Source: Sedimentisphaerales bacterium
GTDB taxonomy: Bacteria > Planctomycetota > Phycisphaerae > Sedimentisphaerales > SM23-30
Strand: one strand, 5' to 3'
DNA: 64,000 nucleotides
Assembly: GCA_963666285.1 (NCBI GenBank)
Contig: OY762713.1
Of the stretch, positions 39,401 through 46,328 are shown one piece after another. The notes beneath the pieces are model-generated. The model was given only the letters and a program-made list of their open reading frames with translations. It was not told where the DNA came from and searched no databases. Position numbers and translations under genes: made by a program. Position 1 is the first letter of the stretch. The number at the start of each line of letters is the position of its first letter.

Positions 39401-40893
39401 TGGGTATGTTTAAGCCATCTACATGGAAAAAGCTAACAAAATATAAAATTGATGATGAGATGAGGAAATCGAAAGAATACAGGGAATATGTATCTCTGGG
39501 CGGCGGTCATAATTCATCATTAGAGATCGAATCTCGTCAGGCTATGAAAAAATGGCTTGATGAAGAATTACGATGGCATAATGCAATTGTAAAAATACCG
39601 ATGAGAATGGCAGATGCAACTACAGGTCGCTTTACCAACTGGACTTTTGAAAAGTATATCCCTGCTGTTAAATATACTAAATACCTTCAGGAAGTAGATA
39701 CCTTACGTGAAAAACAAGGCTACGAGCCAACGGATGCACAGAAAATCGAGATAATAAAAGTAGGGCAAAATTTTTACGGTGAGATGAACGAAAAAATATT
39801 CGGGCGTTCTGCAACTGTAACATCTGCTATGAGATTTGTGTTCCTTGCTCCAGGTTTTCGTGAGGGTAACTACAGAACCATGCTCCGCGCTGCAGATGCG
39901 GCAACCCTTAATAAGCTTGGCGGTCCACTGGGGCGTGATTGGCGAAGTTTCCGCAATATACCGCTATTTCTTACACTGTCAATGCTGGCAGCACAAATGG
40001 CATCCCTGATATTAACAGGGGAGGGGCCTGAACCACCAGAAGAAGGGGAGAATCCAGAGGAATGGCTAAGAGACTTATTCAAGATCAGAACCGGACAAAC
40101 GGATAATAAAGGGCGGCCTATTATGTTAGATTTGATGACAACTGATAAAGACTACTACGAACAAATTGTATCTCCTTTTATTAAAGCTATTACCGGCAGA
40201 CCGATAGAGGGTGCGCAGAAAGCGATATATACTGTAACCCACACAATAGGCGGTATGAGTAGCCCATTTCGGGGAATGATGAACGATCTTGATACTATCG
40301 CACAGGGAAAGGTTCTCGTCGATTGGAAAGGGCAGCGTGTCTGGTATGAATCTGATTCTGGTCTCTCGAAACTTAATAAGTTCTTAATGCACGAATGGCA
40401 TAACTTTGAGCCGATACCTTTTTCTGCTGCAAGTCAGATGGAGGATAAGGGGTTGGGCGCAATGGAAAGGCTACTTGCTACAGCTCTCGCTATGCGAGTA
40501 AGTCATAGTGACCTTGAAAAGAGACGCAGCAGCTTATGGCGAAAGTTTTTTGATATGCGTGATAAACGTACTGAATTGCGGAAAATGGCAAAGGAAAATG
40601 ATCTTCCTCAAGGCGAGATCGATAAATTTAATAACCTACTCAATGATGCCATGAAAGTGAAAGCCGTACCGGATGATTTACGGGAGTATATGGAAGAGCT
40701 GTATTTGCCAGATTTACCAGAATTGCTATCAGATATAGGTGATTATGAATTGGGATTGCTTAAAAAGAAAGTCAGGGCAATGTATCTTGCCGGTAAAATG
40801 AGTAGGGCAAGTAAACTAATTCGGGAATATAATCGTAAACATCCAGGAAAGACAACTTCTCTGGGACAATTATTAAGAAAGAAGTCAGCATAA
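24418..40893 (+). CDS. 5491-aa polyvalent virion-associated protein (DarB-like): C5-cytosine MTase-like, N6-adenine MTase-like, Strawberry-notch SF2 helicase, HExxH metallopeptidase-like domains
   Basis: LSLFDRTG/AAPPC/LENPVGRL (~29020-29620); QFSTP/VLEPSAGTG/MNPPF (~33460-34020); GDGTGVGKGR/DEAH/YVSATGA/SEAGGTGASYH/QGLGRCHRSNQ (~34530-36760); HEQFH (~37960). Confidence 0.85.
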   Translation: MVDVNDVLANLEDDQPQNSSNIFDVDSVLANLDDSPIEPQQETINPAIQDRLSSAMAAVDIPDGFGVNASEPELSYPSLEEVATELVTPPDQRQYQSPDDMIEQVRPTWEYSEPIKTAFKPEQLERLAPLSQQAKENTGGDLQRAIARLSDNSLYDKLTTSSSGPSSVFTPYTIGMSAPPRRRPLNEKERGERMAQDIKLVQEYLDKPRQYSDMVTQGFTPEQIQQWELAGEIGAGEGIDKMSGRDWLEKVPLAGMVFSLKHSAELMSAVDRLSDPNKYDKMTVNSGQHEYTGYNPYFAGGRMSVPVKRNMTEDEQIAQMEKDIDLITEYLEKRAELEVRGTTLGNDVLQGILEMPDFLATFMASGPAGAVVKKGVGKAILNTAVKKLGKKAVIKLLKKKGVMAGLKVAGSMLDAGGRMVVQTPEIVANAIQNNTDSGEYNLTEHGLDILKDRENMSKSLTRAIGDMYIENFSELSGSGLSKVGGKIAGKIGDFVKYHDLPGGKTGRKFLKKLEEFYKSKNPDGDFGKLMRDKMKFGGFIEEYSEEVWGDFLRGVFDVNDFGAGEDAGMGGRLAGYAQQQTDMRNILTTAGVLAAPGGFRHTVSLLENRHKNTLDDKAVDKSLERHGKLSGNNYQGQSDTESDYQIYENAVHQNNARKTRQNNTERIMAPLKKRIEMRDMGMGLKKGTITTRSKKTALGVAEMYNSAYNDVDATIRQTNGGRWLVTVRQSKKIDRTEGRGISDHIDTTGELIPFDLQLEDYSDENNTINPERGVKQIEAGRSGQDVINSSQPDSQVADNTSANVGAEGQFDNQHSDTDSGSFDNQQAQTASIDDDVEIVKYPGLDKEDIPLEDRFIMSSDTADWEMLGDLGLELEDVIEGADPKMVNRAEAIFMQPRKKQPPAPDTTIFQAESDIDGKALEGESQVVDNLPESFESYNFQLPKPNHIGDTELTDKQMTGLQERVNKQKKPMWARLDKAGRPYLTSKRPKKEPFLELQPQKPGKKKSAQVKSASPKAAIQQQATEDYMNRLANEVHTGNITHEQAERSAKIWGKANIDGEGSGLEALEQAVERASESEETDPVATEIKDIEDKLWQFDMQDRQTEAQREIIRELNDRLRELKQQQKGDNDDEAGGSPAKLPDKPDNSGDGVVDQKQKPKPVDTNNSKKASAKKKKSAKKVKAEEKQEPENNAHIKYDPKLHRLTGNIREDDYYGDYAEAEVVAGPDKGKTVEIPVSMYDKEIKTVNTMLERLRQNTVNVADGQIEDIIEQAKKQGRKLDVRDVTPYVPGVSLRHIEDGSVDTDILPAAYENLKKTFAAFNKLDEFEKIGIKPYTPTTANGWQITDIEVGDKVRISGSKTYKTVKKVDHGHDTIVVGNDNTMGIDGIVDVKGKKPSGKRLSDKYPDYNESLNDGDIYVHSRYGKPGYYFRGDTPHQINDRWHKTEAEVIEAQRKYLKDKGIEQPDIDKQDPMDAVSQEEPFFEDDKPGAEYYTTYPNSSYKKIDEPEYLPKAKADKKVTEWKKQARKDGENRSNYEKTILSLFDRTGQWSKPWRDAGYNVVQIDLADLEGFGWQMDIRDIDPQWLFDSGLLDGETVHGILAAPPCVDFAVSGARWFNEKDKDGRTEVSIDLVDQVHRIVDFVQPDWWVLENPVGRLPRMVEGVPEKPQIYFQPWFYGDPYTKKTGLWGDFNWELPQAPVEPTEGSKIYKLRGDVEEEKLARSITPEGFAYAFYMANRNNMSFWEKVDQWGEPEEWPDEVHRNWMVRPEGMKSRYERKTEDAFQEETKEKELDSPVKESQTEYGYGTFDSELSDDHTGGYYKYQPGQTMKTASGRMTKPVPKIDTSTRQKAKNSQKRINTWLLSEAVLEAKNRDDSLNERIYANEEPKKIPPATLDMIQDYIFNPENANQSGKADIFKDSKRKPQERTEPWQFTKAEYMKHITVKGDKIYFMGKELTDMMRKALKKDAENLHRHLVRDAVEDGYTLPPDVAREYDDYANLEQYRYVDQMSYEDIMAEKKEVRHKIDNYGNVITADQRRELEGLKQRFAVLATERGKRERGNDNKQTGLDLGYESGKVMKTRMGRTTKPVPSDITQIEQWLISEAELEAKKRGDDLNIDYWQKKYANGLPADKIKEIQDYLFHDISESPEVSQHNYGEGRSASQEVIFKGGAIRWEEDRIRVYFDDKPSAEIRKQLKGRGFALKWSPKNKAWQTHFMQQHRYDRIVTYLDTILDRVEVSVPETEASEIVPQEENGGKTSDRPLKGIWYDTRDGIFPGQLVRNITNDNHLMIVDGEIGDSQVTVRPIDGTEMNEYPIQVDKLEPLYDNIADKAYNDKAAAAYKQLIGFDDAKAELGQHWVELKGVTKLDNPRFVQDLIGVTMATNRGDTVWAYSTSQEPQVSAYLKRRDAVEGAFKELVRMYKEDSTETVIPVQSMTRQQLENELTESEKRIRELETEEETPANLREYQTLETRIRSIDSEISEQIQDGRSIPKLENRPETIALIDDLLTKDFAEIELANGWKISSIGKIDGTDRYRLKGPEFKHEKMLKRMKITTRPIHGMDMFLLPSGESALRKKVQELIAKYKLPGSDKSKQDKPVVKDNLITGRAEYKDIIVGTFFKLNDRYGNTVGPVRQSDGSVEVEYHGYKNITAFISSDDITPLFDPTTNDAVLASYMNLISHQKASLGGIDVRIEESDTSKGAYRAVGTKNGKETRISKFSNPADKEGIEPTVLKGYHWLVKEYAEGRQKKPEAATGTIDVSKANTDDLRKFMFDAGLSEESQRESGIEHTLSDEAAKKFKEKAKKLADLVNKRMNSNPMVDPEIWGAVVDLTVTGLELGIYKFGDMVRHLKNEVGDKVTHFVARNLEKAWDKLAMSDTSGLVQKRDGETVDKILENQKPQSKPEQTEFKIEKGNLESFVGSLYSRFDNILESDNDFPASAFFKMADQYFGGSRADGVYGPSEAYDVLEVAINRYILDKGLVDKLPAGQSSDIASEQVDKLGGIVKKLMVSQTNRSGEKATMQQFSTPPHYAAAAGWVANISENDRVLEPSAGTGCLCLVPITANATVQANELSDRRGELLQQLSDNIEVTGENAEYIQHLVSEDNRPDVVLMNPPFSRSAAKAGGKKKALGTDIKHIEAALDTLKPGGRLVAIMGAGLHGPSASFTRWMLKIKGIYSVRANVTLDRSVYKKYGTEFPTRMLVIDKVNPTGHNIVSGEYATPSEMMMALDEVRNDRVETTEPTATVATGKQTGRKSDATPASKSSGTSGMATGSRRSSSDKSGRVVSKPKLSSSTDSRERSDAGPTNADGTVSGLRGDAGEFSGDQSTSGREDSAGNDADISESNRRKSSQSTTGKSSGQSDGVVSGVAGTQITDSVFEPYIPVEIFPGAKDHPATLVESAAMAAVPSPAITYTPEISKNVINDGGLSAAQIEAVARAGQAHKNLLPNGDRMGFMVGDGTGVGKGREISGIIVDNWNRGRKKAIWISKNKKLYQDAVRDLTDLGFNSELIHNLLKIKYNQDISEQIGDGVLFTTYNTVKSSSKNNPEHTRLGQIQQWIGEPETFDGVIALDEAHIANNVLGKGIGGPSKVAETIRELQELMPNARIVYVSATGASEVESLAYMERLGMWGKDTQFADVHDFINNIASGGVAAMEVVAQELKARGLYMARSIAYNDGTEDGTVQYDRLEHELDGRQKIIYDEIAKAWQMVLTDIWKSMGDTGAVRNSNARAFVSGQFWSANQRFFNTLITSMQIPSVIRSIESDMKEGRSAVLQITQTGQAAQERALARMEEGQDLEDFDSSPIHVLTDLVMNIYPVHLYEDIEDENGKVRSEQVKDSNGDPVVDQKALARRDALMGRLASIRVPASPLETIIDHFGVDNVAEVTGRTERVVYVEDDNGQMVRTVQRRPASANEAETAAFQTGQKRILIFSEAGGTGASYHADRRAENQQKRHHYLVDAGWKADAAMQGLGRCHRSNQVAAPWITLASTNLSGHKRFISTIARRLSQLGALTRGQAKASGNELFSANDNLESPEAKQAVIQLCTDIARGGIDDISGNEFLEKTGLKFIDEMGSLNESNIPESTQFLNRLLSLEFDYQNMVFSHFAERLEEKIQQAIANGTLDTGVENIIADRIEKVQQAVLEKYDDGGQTGYVQFTSYSRNEPKHLDEILRSERIVKWVRLANDKVVGLSEAGNVTNASGQVVKRYRIITPISRSQIEPVSEIDGNPDIVEVDKSKLNALWAEEVANTPEFKEESVHMVTGRLLPIWKQLKGQPQIRRLIDDKNEIYLGRKIPQKHAKVLLESVNITMKARKMPVKDIVDGLKSGGKLKLANGWTIRQRMTGKEKRYLLDGPDFTYDSTLNEMGIFSETVGYKQMYFIPAKDIGKTAQELIKQYKLEEFEGVENFQKPQAVEYLHESADLSYVNTYLENSELSPKRLGKAFGIPQKSISTTDTDGEFIVNLPNGKTVYIDSLATIYKDDRDDYRGLWRNLPGAITLEDGREIDFDGMIQLSAYFATADTLSHEQFHAAMDLALSDRERAVILSRFGGDEEFAAEIYGNWAAGRDSKGYPFFTKIRDFFRRIFCAITGRNDIGDIFSRIYSGKIWNESAQTTSTWREAPQKAKGRDLKSMIVKGPGHVTNRKVKQLGATWGKEHKTTPQERIQIRTDARRDYEGKKSARQLTKENAKTAMDKANFGINFITNILEPNRAATKSFGYDTVAEIIKMAASPEAGQLEFGDTMLSNIEMSYRELRDKIEKLSPEQKQYIYHIRGEAVSDAGQYLQAIAKDKISPEALEYAKMLDEVYNSAYDLLEKHNFEAMYFEDYFYGVYKNSHKGREITNKFLKHYPTTQKMLKHKCIPTVADASGLGLEMRDQNPVNNAFREVGAIWRLAAMVQLRDYLVKSHTETGIIHVTDANEYHLQNWRHLYKQQGSNVEEPIFQNYLLHPDLYRPIAALNSFNLTGRDGIRQVRSFIHIMNGFKFLLPTHHLRTIGAQAIVDSGSTLGMFKPSTWKKLTKYKIDDEMRKSKEYREYVSLGGGHNSSLEIESRQAMKKWLDEELRWHNAIVKIPMRMADATTGRFTNWTFEKYIPAVKYTKYLQEVDTLREKQGYEPTDAQKIEIIKVGQNFYGEMNEKIFGRSATVTSAMRFVFLAPGFREGNYRTMLRAADAATLNKLGGPLGRDWRSFRNIPLFLTLSMLAAQMASLILTGEGPEPPEEGENPEEWLRDLFKIRTGQTDNKGRPIMLDLMTTDKDYYEQIVSPFIKAITGRPIEGAQKAIYTVTHTIGGMSSPFRGMMNDLDTIAQGKVLVDWKGQRVWYESDSGLSKLNKFLMHEWHNFEPIPFSAASQMEDKGLGAMERLLATALAMRVSHSDLEKRRSSLWRKFFDMRDKRTELRKMAKENDLPQGEIDKFNNLLNDAMKVKAVPDDLREYMEELYLPDLPELLSDIGDYELGLLKKKVRAMYLAGKMSRASKLIREYNRKHPGKTTSLGQLLRKKSA

Positions 40894-40956
40894 AGCCAAA
40901 TATGTTTTTTTAGGTTTTTTCTTGATATTTGTCGTCAAAGTGTAATAATACTTGGT

Positions 40957-41172
40957 GACAATTTGGTATTGTACCGTTTTAGGACATTCTATCATAAAAT
41001 CGCTAAATTAATTGTACGGAATGTCGCAAAGAACGGCACTCTCAGTTTATCTTCTGTGACAATTCAGGGGTTACTGAGGGTGCTATGCTTGTTGTGTTCC
41101 GTACAGGGTTTTAGCGAGCCTTTGATAGTTCATGACTTCATAGCGCCTTGAGTGACCTCTTTTTTTATGCGC
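40957..41172 (+). ncRNA. Structured RNA / leader element family A, copy 1
   Basis: Four nested helices, 3' tail complementary to the inner helix, U-tract; homologous to 50665-50872 with compensatory changes; TTGATA-N16-AATAAT upstream. Confidence 0.65.
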
Positions 41173-41249
41173 TATGGTTTATATTGTGAGTTAATTTATT
41201 ATTAAACAAACTGGGAAGTTGTATTTCGTAAGAAAGGATATTATTTGAG

Positions 41250-41335
41250 ACACTCAATTTTGGCTAGTGCGGTTTTGTTCATCCCTTCTGAATCCCGACC
41301 ATAACATCATAGAGCAAGATCGTACTGGCTTTTTT
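41250..41335 (+). ncRNA. Large-loop hairpin family B, copy 1 (terminator/attenuator-like)
   Basis: 18-bp stem with G-U pairs (41263-41280/41312-41329), 31-nt loop, U-tract; related copies at 51006 and 56613. Confidence 0.6.
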
Positions 41336-41482
41336 ATAATTTTTTGAAAAAAACCAATTTTTTTTCCAATATAAATTTTTTTTTGCGTATTTATTAATGG
41401 AGGTGTGTCTGGATTTCGGGAAAAGCAAAAAATACATATTGGCGAATACTAATAACCTACCATTTAAAGGAGACCAACAGAA

Positions 41483-44400
41483 ATGAAACTAAGAATCCCT
41501 GTTTGCAGCTTCGTTGTTGCATTGTCGCTACTTTTCAGTCTTCAGACCAAAGCGGATCTGATTATCCAGGCTGAAGGAACTCAACAAGTACCTGAGATAG
41601 TGGAAATTGAAAGCATAAATGATGTATCTTTTACTCTTACATCATCTGATGATGTAAAATTAGATAAAGATTTTGCAGTTATACTATCTTCAGATGAAGG
41701 GACATTTGGCCCGGATTGTGAAAAATCAATTCTTATAACTAACAAAAACATTCACAAATATAATCCAATTACTTTCCATTTCACTGGAACTGAAGGTGTT
41801 GCAATGGTTCATTTATATGCAGCACAGGAAATGGAAGTAACCTACCAAAATGAAACAATAACAGTATCGCCAATGACGGAAATCTACCAGATGGCCGTTT
41901 TTGATATGAGTTTTGACGGTGCTAAAACGATAGACCCTGAAAGAACCTATGAAGCTATTGCATTTGGCATAAATTATGACGGTATGAACTATGTTCCACC
42001 TGTCAAAAAAACTGTTGCCCCCCAAACATCATCCCTAAAGATGGCTTCAACTACATCTTTTAAAAGTAATACTGATGCTACCACACTGCCAACAAAGGAG
42101 CGTTTTGACCCTAAAAAACACAGACGTTATAATGGCGATTGGGCCAGAATGTCAAGCTATAATCCACAAGATAATAGTTTTACTAAAGGCAGTAGAATAA
42201 ATATACAATCCACTTCATTCAATGCCAGTGCAAACAATAACACAGAATTGGTTGCTACTAAAAAAACATCAGTTGCAACTATGGCAGCAAGCAAAGCAGT
42301 TTCACCTGATATTGACACAAGTAATACTAATACAATCATGGCATTAGCTACAGATATGTCTGTAAGTTCGCCAGAAGCAATCGACCCTAATGATTGTATA
42401 GTAATCAATGACAGGTATCTTTCTGAATCGACTACATGGAATCCAAACGAAACATATCTAATTAATGATCCACCGTTTATTATTTCAGATGCAAAAACTC
42501 TCAATATCCCTTCTGGAACTAATATTTATTATAAAGTGAATACTGAAGCTTGGGTGGATGTTTTCGTGGTTGAAAATGGCGGTATTCTAAGGACCGATTA
42601 TCTAGTACCAGATAATACAAGATCAGATGAGCCAGTGACTATATTGCCATTTGAAGATGGTCAAAATAGAGTTGCAATATATCTCAAACAATCAGCTTCC
42701 CCTGATTGCCAGATCAGAAATACGGTAGTTAAGGACTGTATATATGGTATTTATAACCGTACAGAATTGACAAGATACATCTCTGACAACTATATTTATA
42801 ACTGTAACTATGGTATCACCTCAGTTGGTAATAATACGATATTTAACAACCTATGTTATCAGTGCGGTGGAGCATCTAATGATAATGACGGTTGGGCTAT
42901 TGCTATGTTCCCATATTCAAATGATTATAATTTTGCCCTTTCTGATTTAGACATAGATTCAATTGAATACGGGATGTTTAATAACACCGTATATGATACC
43001 GCCGGTTTTGCTTTTTGTATCAGTGGTATAAGCAGCGACGATCAGACCGCCGGAATACCAGCACCTCAAGTACATCTTGAAAAGAATATTACTTCACATA
43101 CCGAAGACATTTCATATTATTTTGAAGGCAGCGGCACTTCCAGTGGTATTTACTGGGCTGGTTTTTCTAACGATGAATCAAATGCTACAAACTCAACTCT
43201 AGGCTTCTATTGTGCTGTTACAGACAATACTGAACTGATTACAGGTGAATATGGTGACTGGAATTTATATTTAGACCCTCAATCTGATTTTATACATCAG
43301 GTTAAGTTAAATGACTATCTAAATGTTATCCATTCAGTAAAAACAAATTTTGAAAACATCTATTCTTCTTCTGTAACCTTCGACGACACTCCTGTAAGAG
43401 ATGGAGCGATAGGCAAGCATAACTTTACTACCTTTACTGGAACAGTGAAAGCACTGCAATGTGATATAGCTCCTGAAACTCCTGATGGCGTTGTTAATCA
43501 ACTAGACCTTGACTTGTTAAACAGCGTATTTTCTCAAACAGTACCAGTTCACACTGAAATAGACTATGAATTGCTAGACCCAAATGCTGTCTGTAACTTC
43601 AACGACAGTGACTATATTATCGATTTACTTGATTTTTCATTATTGGCAGCGCGTTGGGAAACTTCTACCAACGGCATAACCGACCCGAACGAATTACGAT
43701 ATGATATGGATAATGACCAGTGGGTTGGTATAAGTGATCTTTCTCAGTTTGCTTCATATTTCTGCTATGAAATACCAACCATTTCCTATATAGAAGATGG
43801 TGCTGATCCTAATGTAATTAAAGCTGATGTCAACGGTGACTATGTTGTAGATGATCTGGACCGTAACTTACTACTCGCTGAAATGGAAAGCGTTCAGATA
43901 GTTCCTGATGTTCCGACAATTGTTACAAGCTTCAGAGGTATATCTGAAGAGCCAAACTATCCTGATGAGCTATTTAGTTGGAATAATATTAAAGGTGATG
44001 TTGAAGTAGCAATAGAACCTATTGAGGATATTGATAAAGTTGAAGTATTTATCCACAGAAACCGTATTGGCTTGATTTTCTTTGACGGTGTAGATGATTT
44101 TAATAAGTTCCAAATATATTCACAGGACTATAAGCCTGGCACTTATGACGTTGTATTCAATCTGCACCATCCAGACGGTGCTATTTCAGTTGTAAGGCAG
44201 CCTATTACCTTTACAAATAACAATTTACATTCTGTAAATATTCCAACTCTATTAGATGAAGATATATATAGAATACAATTCAGTAATGGTACTGAAAACA
44301 CTCGATTAACCGTTACTAATACCAAAACAGATCAAGTACTGCATAATGCCGTCTATACAGGTAATGAAGTTGAAGTAGTATTTGATCCTAATGTGCCTGG

Positions 44401-45391
44401 TTTTGATAATGTGGAGTTCTCACTTGAAGCTCTGCCTGCTGTAACCACAAGCAGCACAATTGTCCCATTATCAGTAAGTCAAGGTGAATACAAAGACCCG
44501 GACACAACCAAAAATACCAAAAAGAAAAAGAAAAAACGCAAAAAAAAGAAAGGTGAAGCTGATGATGATGAATTTAAGTTGTTGATCTCAATACCTGATG
44601 AAAGTATGGAAAGATTTGTTGATGACATTATCGAATTTATTATCGATGCCTGCTATTCAGATGAAGACCACGAGGAAGAAAACTGCGTTGTTCCTTATGT
44701 AATATATGATGGTGTTGAATTTAACTGGAATGATTTTAGTAAACGTATTGAAAAAAATAGCCATTTCAAATACTGGATTAATTTCTCACATGGGAACTAT
44801 GATGAAGAACGTGGGTTGACTTATACTGTAATATGGAAGAATATACCCGGAACTGATAAATGTTATCCAACAAGGCTATATTCTTTCTCATACCAAACCA
44901 ATTCCATTATAGAAACATTGGAAGCACAAAAATATTGCTATATGTCTGACTTGAATATTAGGAATGAGGATAAACTTAAATTTGTTTACAATTTTGCCTG
45001 TAAATCAGGTAAAACCCTATTCCAGTATGGAAATTATTATAATGATTTTGCTGATGCGTGTGGCATGTATTCAACTTATTACAATCATTATCAGGCATAT
45101 ATAGGCTTCCATGACAATTTTGTTGCATACGATGGGATTGGAGATTATATTGAACTGTTGACAAGAGCTGAAGAATTTCATAAAAAGTTCTTTAAAAACC
45201 TTAAACTGAGGGTGCATCTTGAATCTGTAATCGGCCTGACAATGGGTTCTTGCGGTAAAGCTGTAATAGAGCTTATTCAAGGTTATGATGCAGAATGGGA
45301 TGTTCCATATAGCAAAACAAAAGACCCTATTTATCAGGATAGTTTAAGAATATACCCTTGGACTGATTTGAATAGAATACATTTTCAATAA
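41483..45391 (+). CDS. Large secreted protein: beta-helix, dockerin/EF-hand-like repeats, C-terminal putative clan CD (caspase/gingipain-fold) peptidase
   Basis: Signal peptide; IDLLDFSLLAARW and ADVNGDYVVD repeats; WINFSHG and FVYNFACKSG His/Cys motifs. Confidence 0.65.
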   Translation: MKLRIPVCSFVVALSLLFSLQTKADLIIQAEGTQQVPEIVEIESINDVSFTLTSSDDVKLDKDFAVILSSDEGTFGPDCEKSILITNKNIHKYNPITFHFTGTEGVAMVHLYAAQEMEVTYQNETITVSPMTEIYQMAVFDMSFDGAKTIDPERTYEAIAFGINYDGMNYVPPVKKTVAPQTSSLKMASTTSFKSNTDATTLPTKERFDPKKHRRYNGDWARMSSYNPQDNSFTKGSRINIQSTSFNASANNNTELVATKKTSVATMAASKAVSPDIDTSNTNTIMALATDMSVSSPEAIDPNDCIVINDRYLSESTTWNPNETYLINDPPFIISDAKTLNIPSGTNIYYKVNTEAWVDVFVVENGGILRTDYLVPDNTRSDEPVTILPFEDGQNRVAIYLKQSASPDCQIRNTVVKDCIYGIYNRTELTRYISDNYIYNCNYGITSVGNNTIFNNLCYQCGGASNDNDGWAIAMFPYSNDYNFALSDLDIDSIEYGMFNNTVYDTAGFAFCISGISSDDQTAGIPAPQVHLEKNITSHTEDISYYFEGSGTSSGIYWAGFSNDESNATNSTLGFYCAVTDNTELITGEYGDWNLYLDPQSDFIHQVKLNDYLNVIHSVKTNFENIYSSSVTFDDTPVRDGAIGKHNFTTFTGTVKALQCDIAPETPDGVVNQLDLDLLNSVFSQTVPVHTEIDYELLDPNAVCNFNDSDYIIDLLDFSLLAARWETSTNGITDPNELRYDMDNDQWVGISDLSQFASYFCYEIPTISYIEDGADPNVIKADVNGDYVVDDLDRNLLLAEMESVQIVPDVPTIVTSFRGISEEPNYPDELFSWNNIKGDVEVAIEPIEDIDKVEVFIHRNRIGLIFFDGVDDFNKFQIYSQDYKPGTYDVVFNLHHPDGAISVVRQPITFTNNNLHSVNIPTLLDEDIYRIQFSNGTENTRLTVTNTKTDQVLHNAVYTGNEVEVVFDPNVPGFDNVEFSLEALPAVTTSSTIVPLSVSQGEYKDPDTTKNTKKKKKKRKKKKGEADDDEFKLLISIPDESMERFVDDIIEFIIDACYSDEDHEEENCVVPYVIYDGVEFNWNDFSKRIEKNSHFKYWINFSHGNYDEERGLTYTVIWKNIPGTDKCYPTRLYSFSYQTNSIIETLEAQKYCYMSDLNIRNEDKLKFVYNFACKSGKTLFQYGNYYNDFADACGMYSTYYNHYQAYIGFHDNFVAYDGIGDYIELLTRAEEFHKKFFKNLKLRVHLESVIGLTMGSCGKAVIELIQGYDAEWDVPYSKTKDPIYQDSLRIYPWTDLNRIHFQ

Positions 45392-45419
45392 CATATATCT
45401 TGTTTTGGAGTAATAAGTT

Positions 45420-46226
45420 ATGAAAAGCATTTATGTTTTAATTATTGCTGTTACACTAGCTCTGTTGGTTGGTTTCGGCTTTGGTTATAGCTCTCGCAGT
45501 ACAGAGAGTAAAGAAACCAACCAATACCTAAGTGAACTAGAAAATATGCAAAAAAAGGCAGAATTTTCAGGGCAATTTGAGGCTAAAAAAGTTGATTTTG
45601 AACAAGTTACATTACCAGAATTAGAAAATGGTGTAATTTACTATTCAGAAAAAAACGAACTCTATCCTCTATATATAGATTATTGGATTGGTTGCGGATG
45701 GGAAAATAATATTACAGGTGAAGTACATGACCTGATTAAGATTTTTCCTGTATCAGCCACACTGTATGTAAAAGATAAAACATTACAGTCTTCTACATAT
45801 CAGCCTTTGTATTCCAAAATAAGAATATTTCAGGATATGGATTTAATCAAATCTATTGTTAATAAACTTGAAAGCCCTGGTATTTATTATAACCCAGCGG
45901 ATTATGAAAGTTGGAAACAAGATAGGAAAAACCTTATCAGAGAGGATAAATTGTCCAAAGATAAGAAAAACATCTTGAATCAATTAGCTGATCGTGAGAA
46001 TCTACTCATTCTTGACTACGGTTATAAAAGAGTAGCTGTATCATATATTACTCAAGAAGTTTATGACAAAGCTTCTGAAAAAACAGATATTGACGTTATT
46101 TCTTATAAAGGCCGATCAAATGAATTATATGATTTGCTAAATAATAGTAAATATGGAAAGTCCCCTAGAGTTTTATGGACAAGAAAGGCTCCAGAAGGTA
46201 TGCCAAAGTACCATTTTAATGAATAA
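45420..46226 (+). CDS. Membrane-anchored/exported hypothetical protein, paralog 1
   Basis: N-terminal TM helix; similar throughout to 46329-47111 (YSKxxIFQDM, SPGxYYxP, LDYGY, VSYITQExYDKAS). Confidence 0.75.
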   Translation: MKSIYVLIIAVTLALLVGFGFGYSSRSTESKETNQYLSELENMQKKAEFSGQFEAKKVDFEQVTLPELENGVIYYSEKNELYPLYIDYWIGCGWENNITGEVHDLIKIFPVSATLYVKDKTLQSSTYQPLYSKIRIFQDMDLIKSIVNKLESPGIYYNPADYESWKQDRKNLIREDKLSKDKKNILNQLADRENLLILDYGYKRVAVSYITQEVYDKASEKTDIDVISYKGRSNELYDLLNNSKYGKSPRVLWTRKAPEGMPKYHFNE

Positions 46227-46255
46227 TAATGTCATTATTCTAAAATTGTAATTTA

Positions 46256-46302
46256 TCCCGATTCTGATTTAATTGTTAAATGAATTAGAATCGGGATTTT
46301 TT
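46256..46302 (+). terminator. Intrinsic terminator
   Basis: ATCCCGATTCT...AGAATCGGGAT followed by T-run. Confidence 0.6.
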
Positions 46303-46328
46303 AATAAGCTACTTTCTTCGGATTATTT

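Larger units (their letters stand above)
223..40893 (+). mobile_element. Podovirus-like (pro)phage: replication, early and virion modules; true ends not determined
   Basis: Portal, capsid, terminase, adaptor, nozzle, fibre and ejection-type genes in one co-directional block; no tail tube/sheath or tape-measure gene recognised. Confidence 0.85.

Noticed and set aside
5459..40082. Numerous antisense and out-of-frame ORFs in the track within long genes
   Set aside because: Shadows of well-supported + strand genes with no recognisable motifs
40883..40910. Degenerate dif-like AGTCAGCATAA-AGCCAA-ATATGTTTTTT at the end of the giant gene as a possible att site
   Set aside because: Breaks the TTAT core and no partner site was found at the left end
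41245..41304. Leader peptide (M)RHSILASAVLFIPSESRP over family B, with MKKSILAS at copy 2
   Set aside because: Copy 3 has no start codon and lengths differ; similarity is explained by nucleotide conservation
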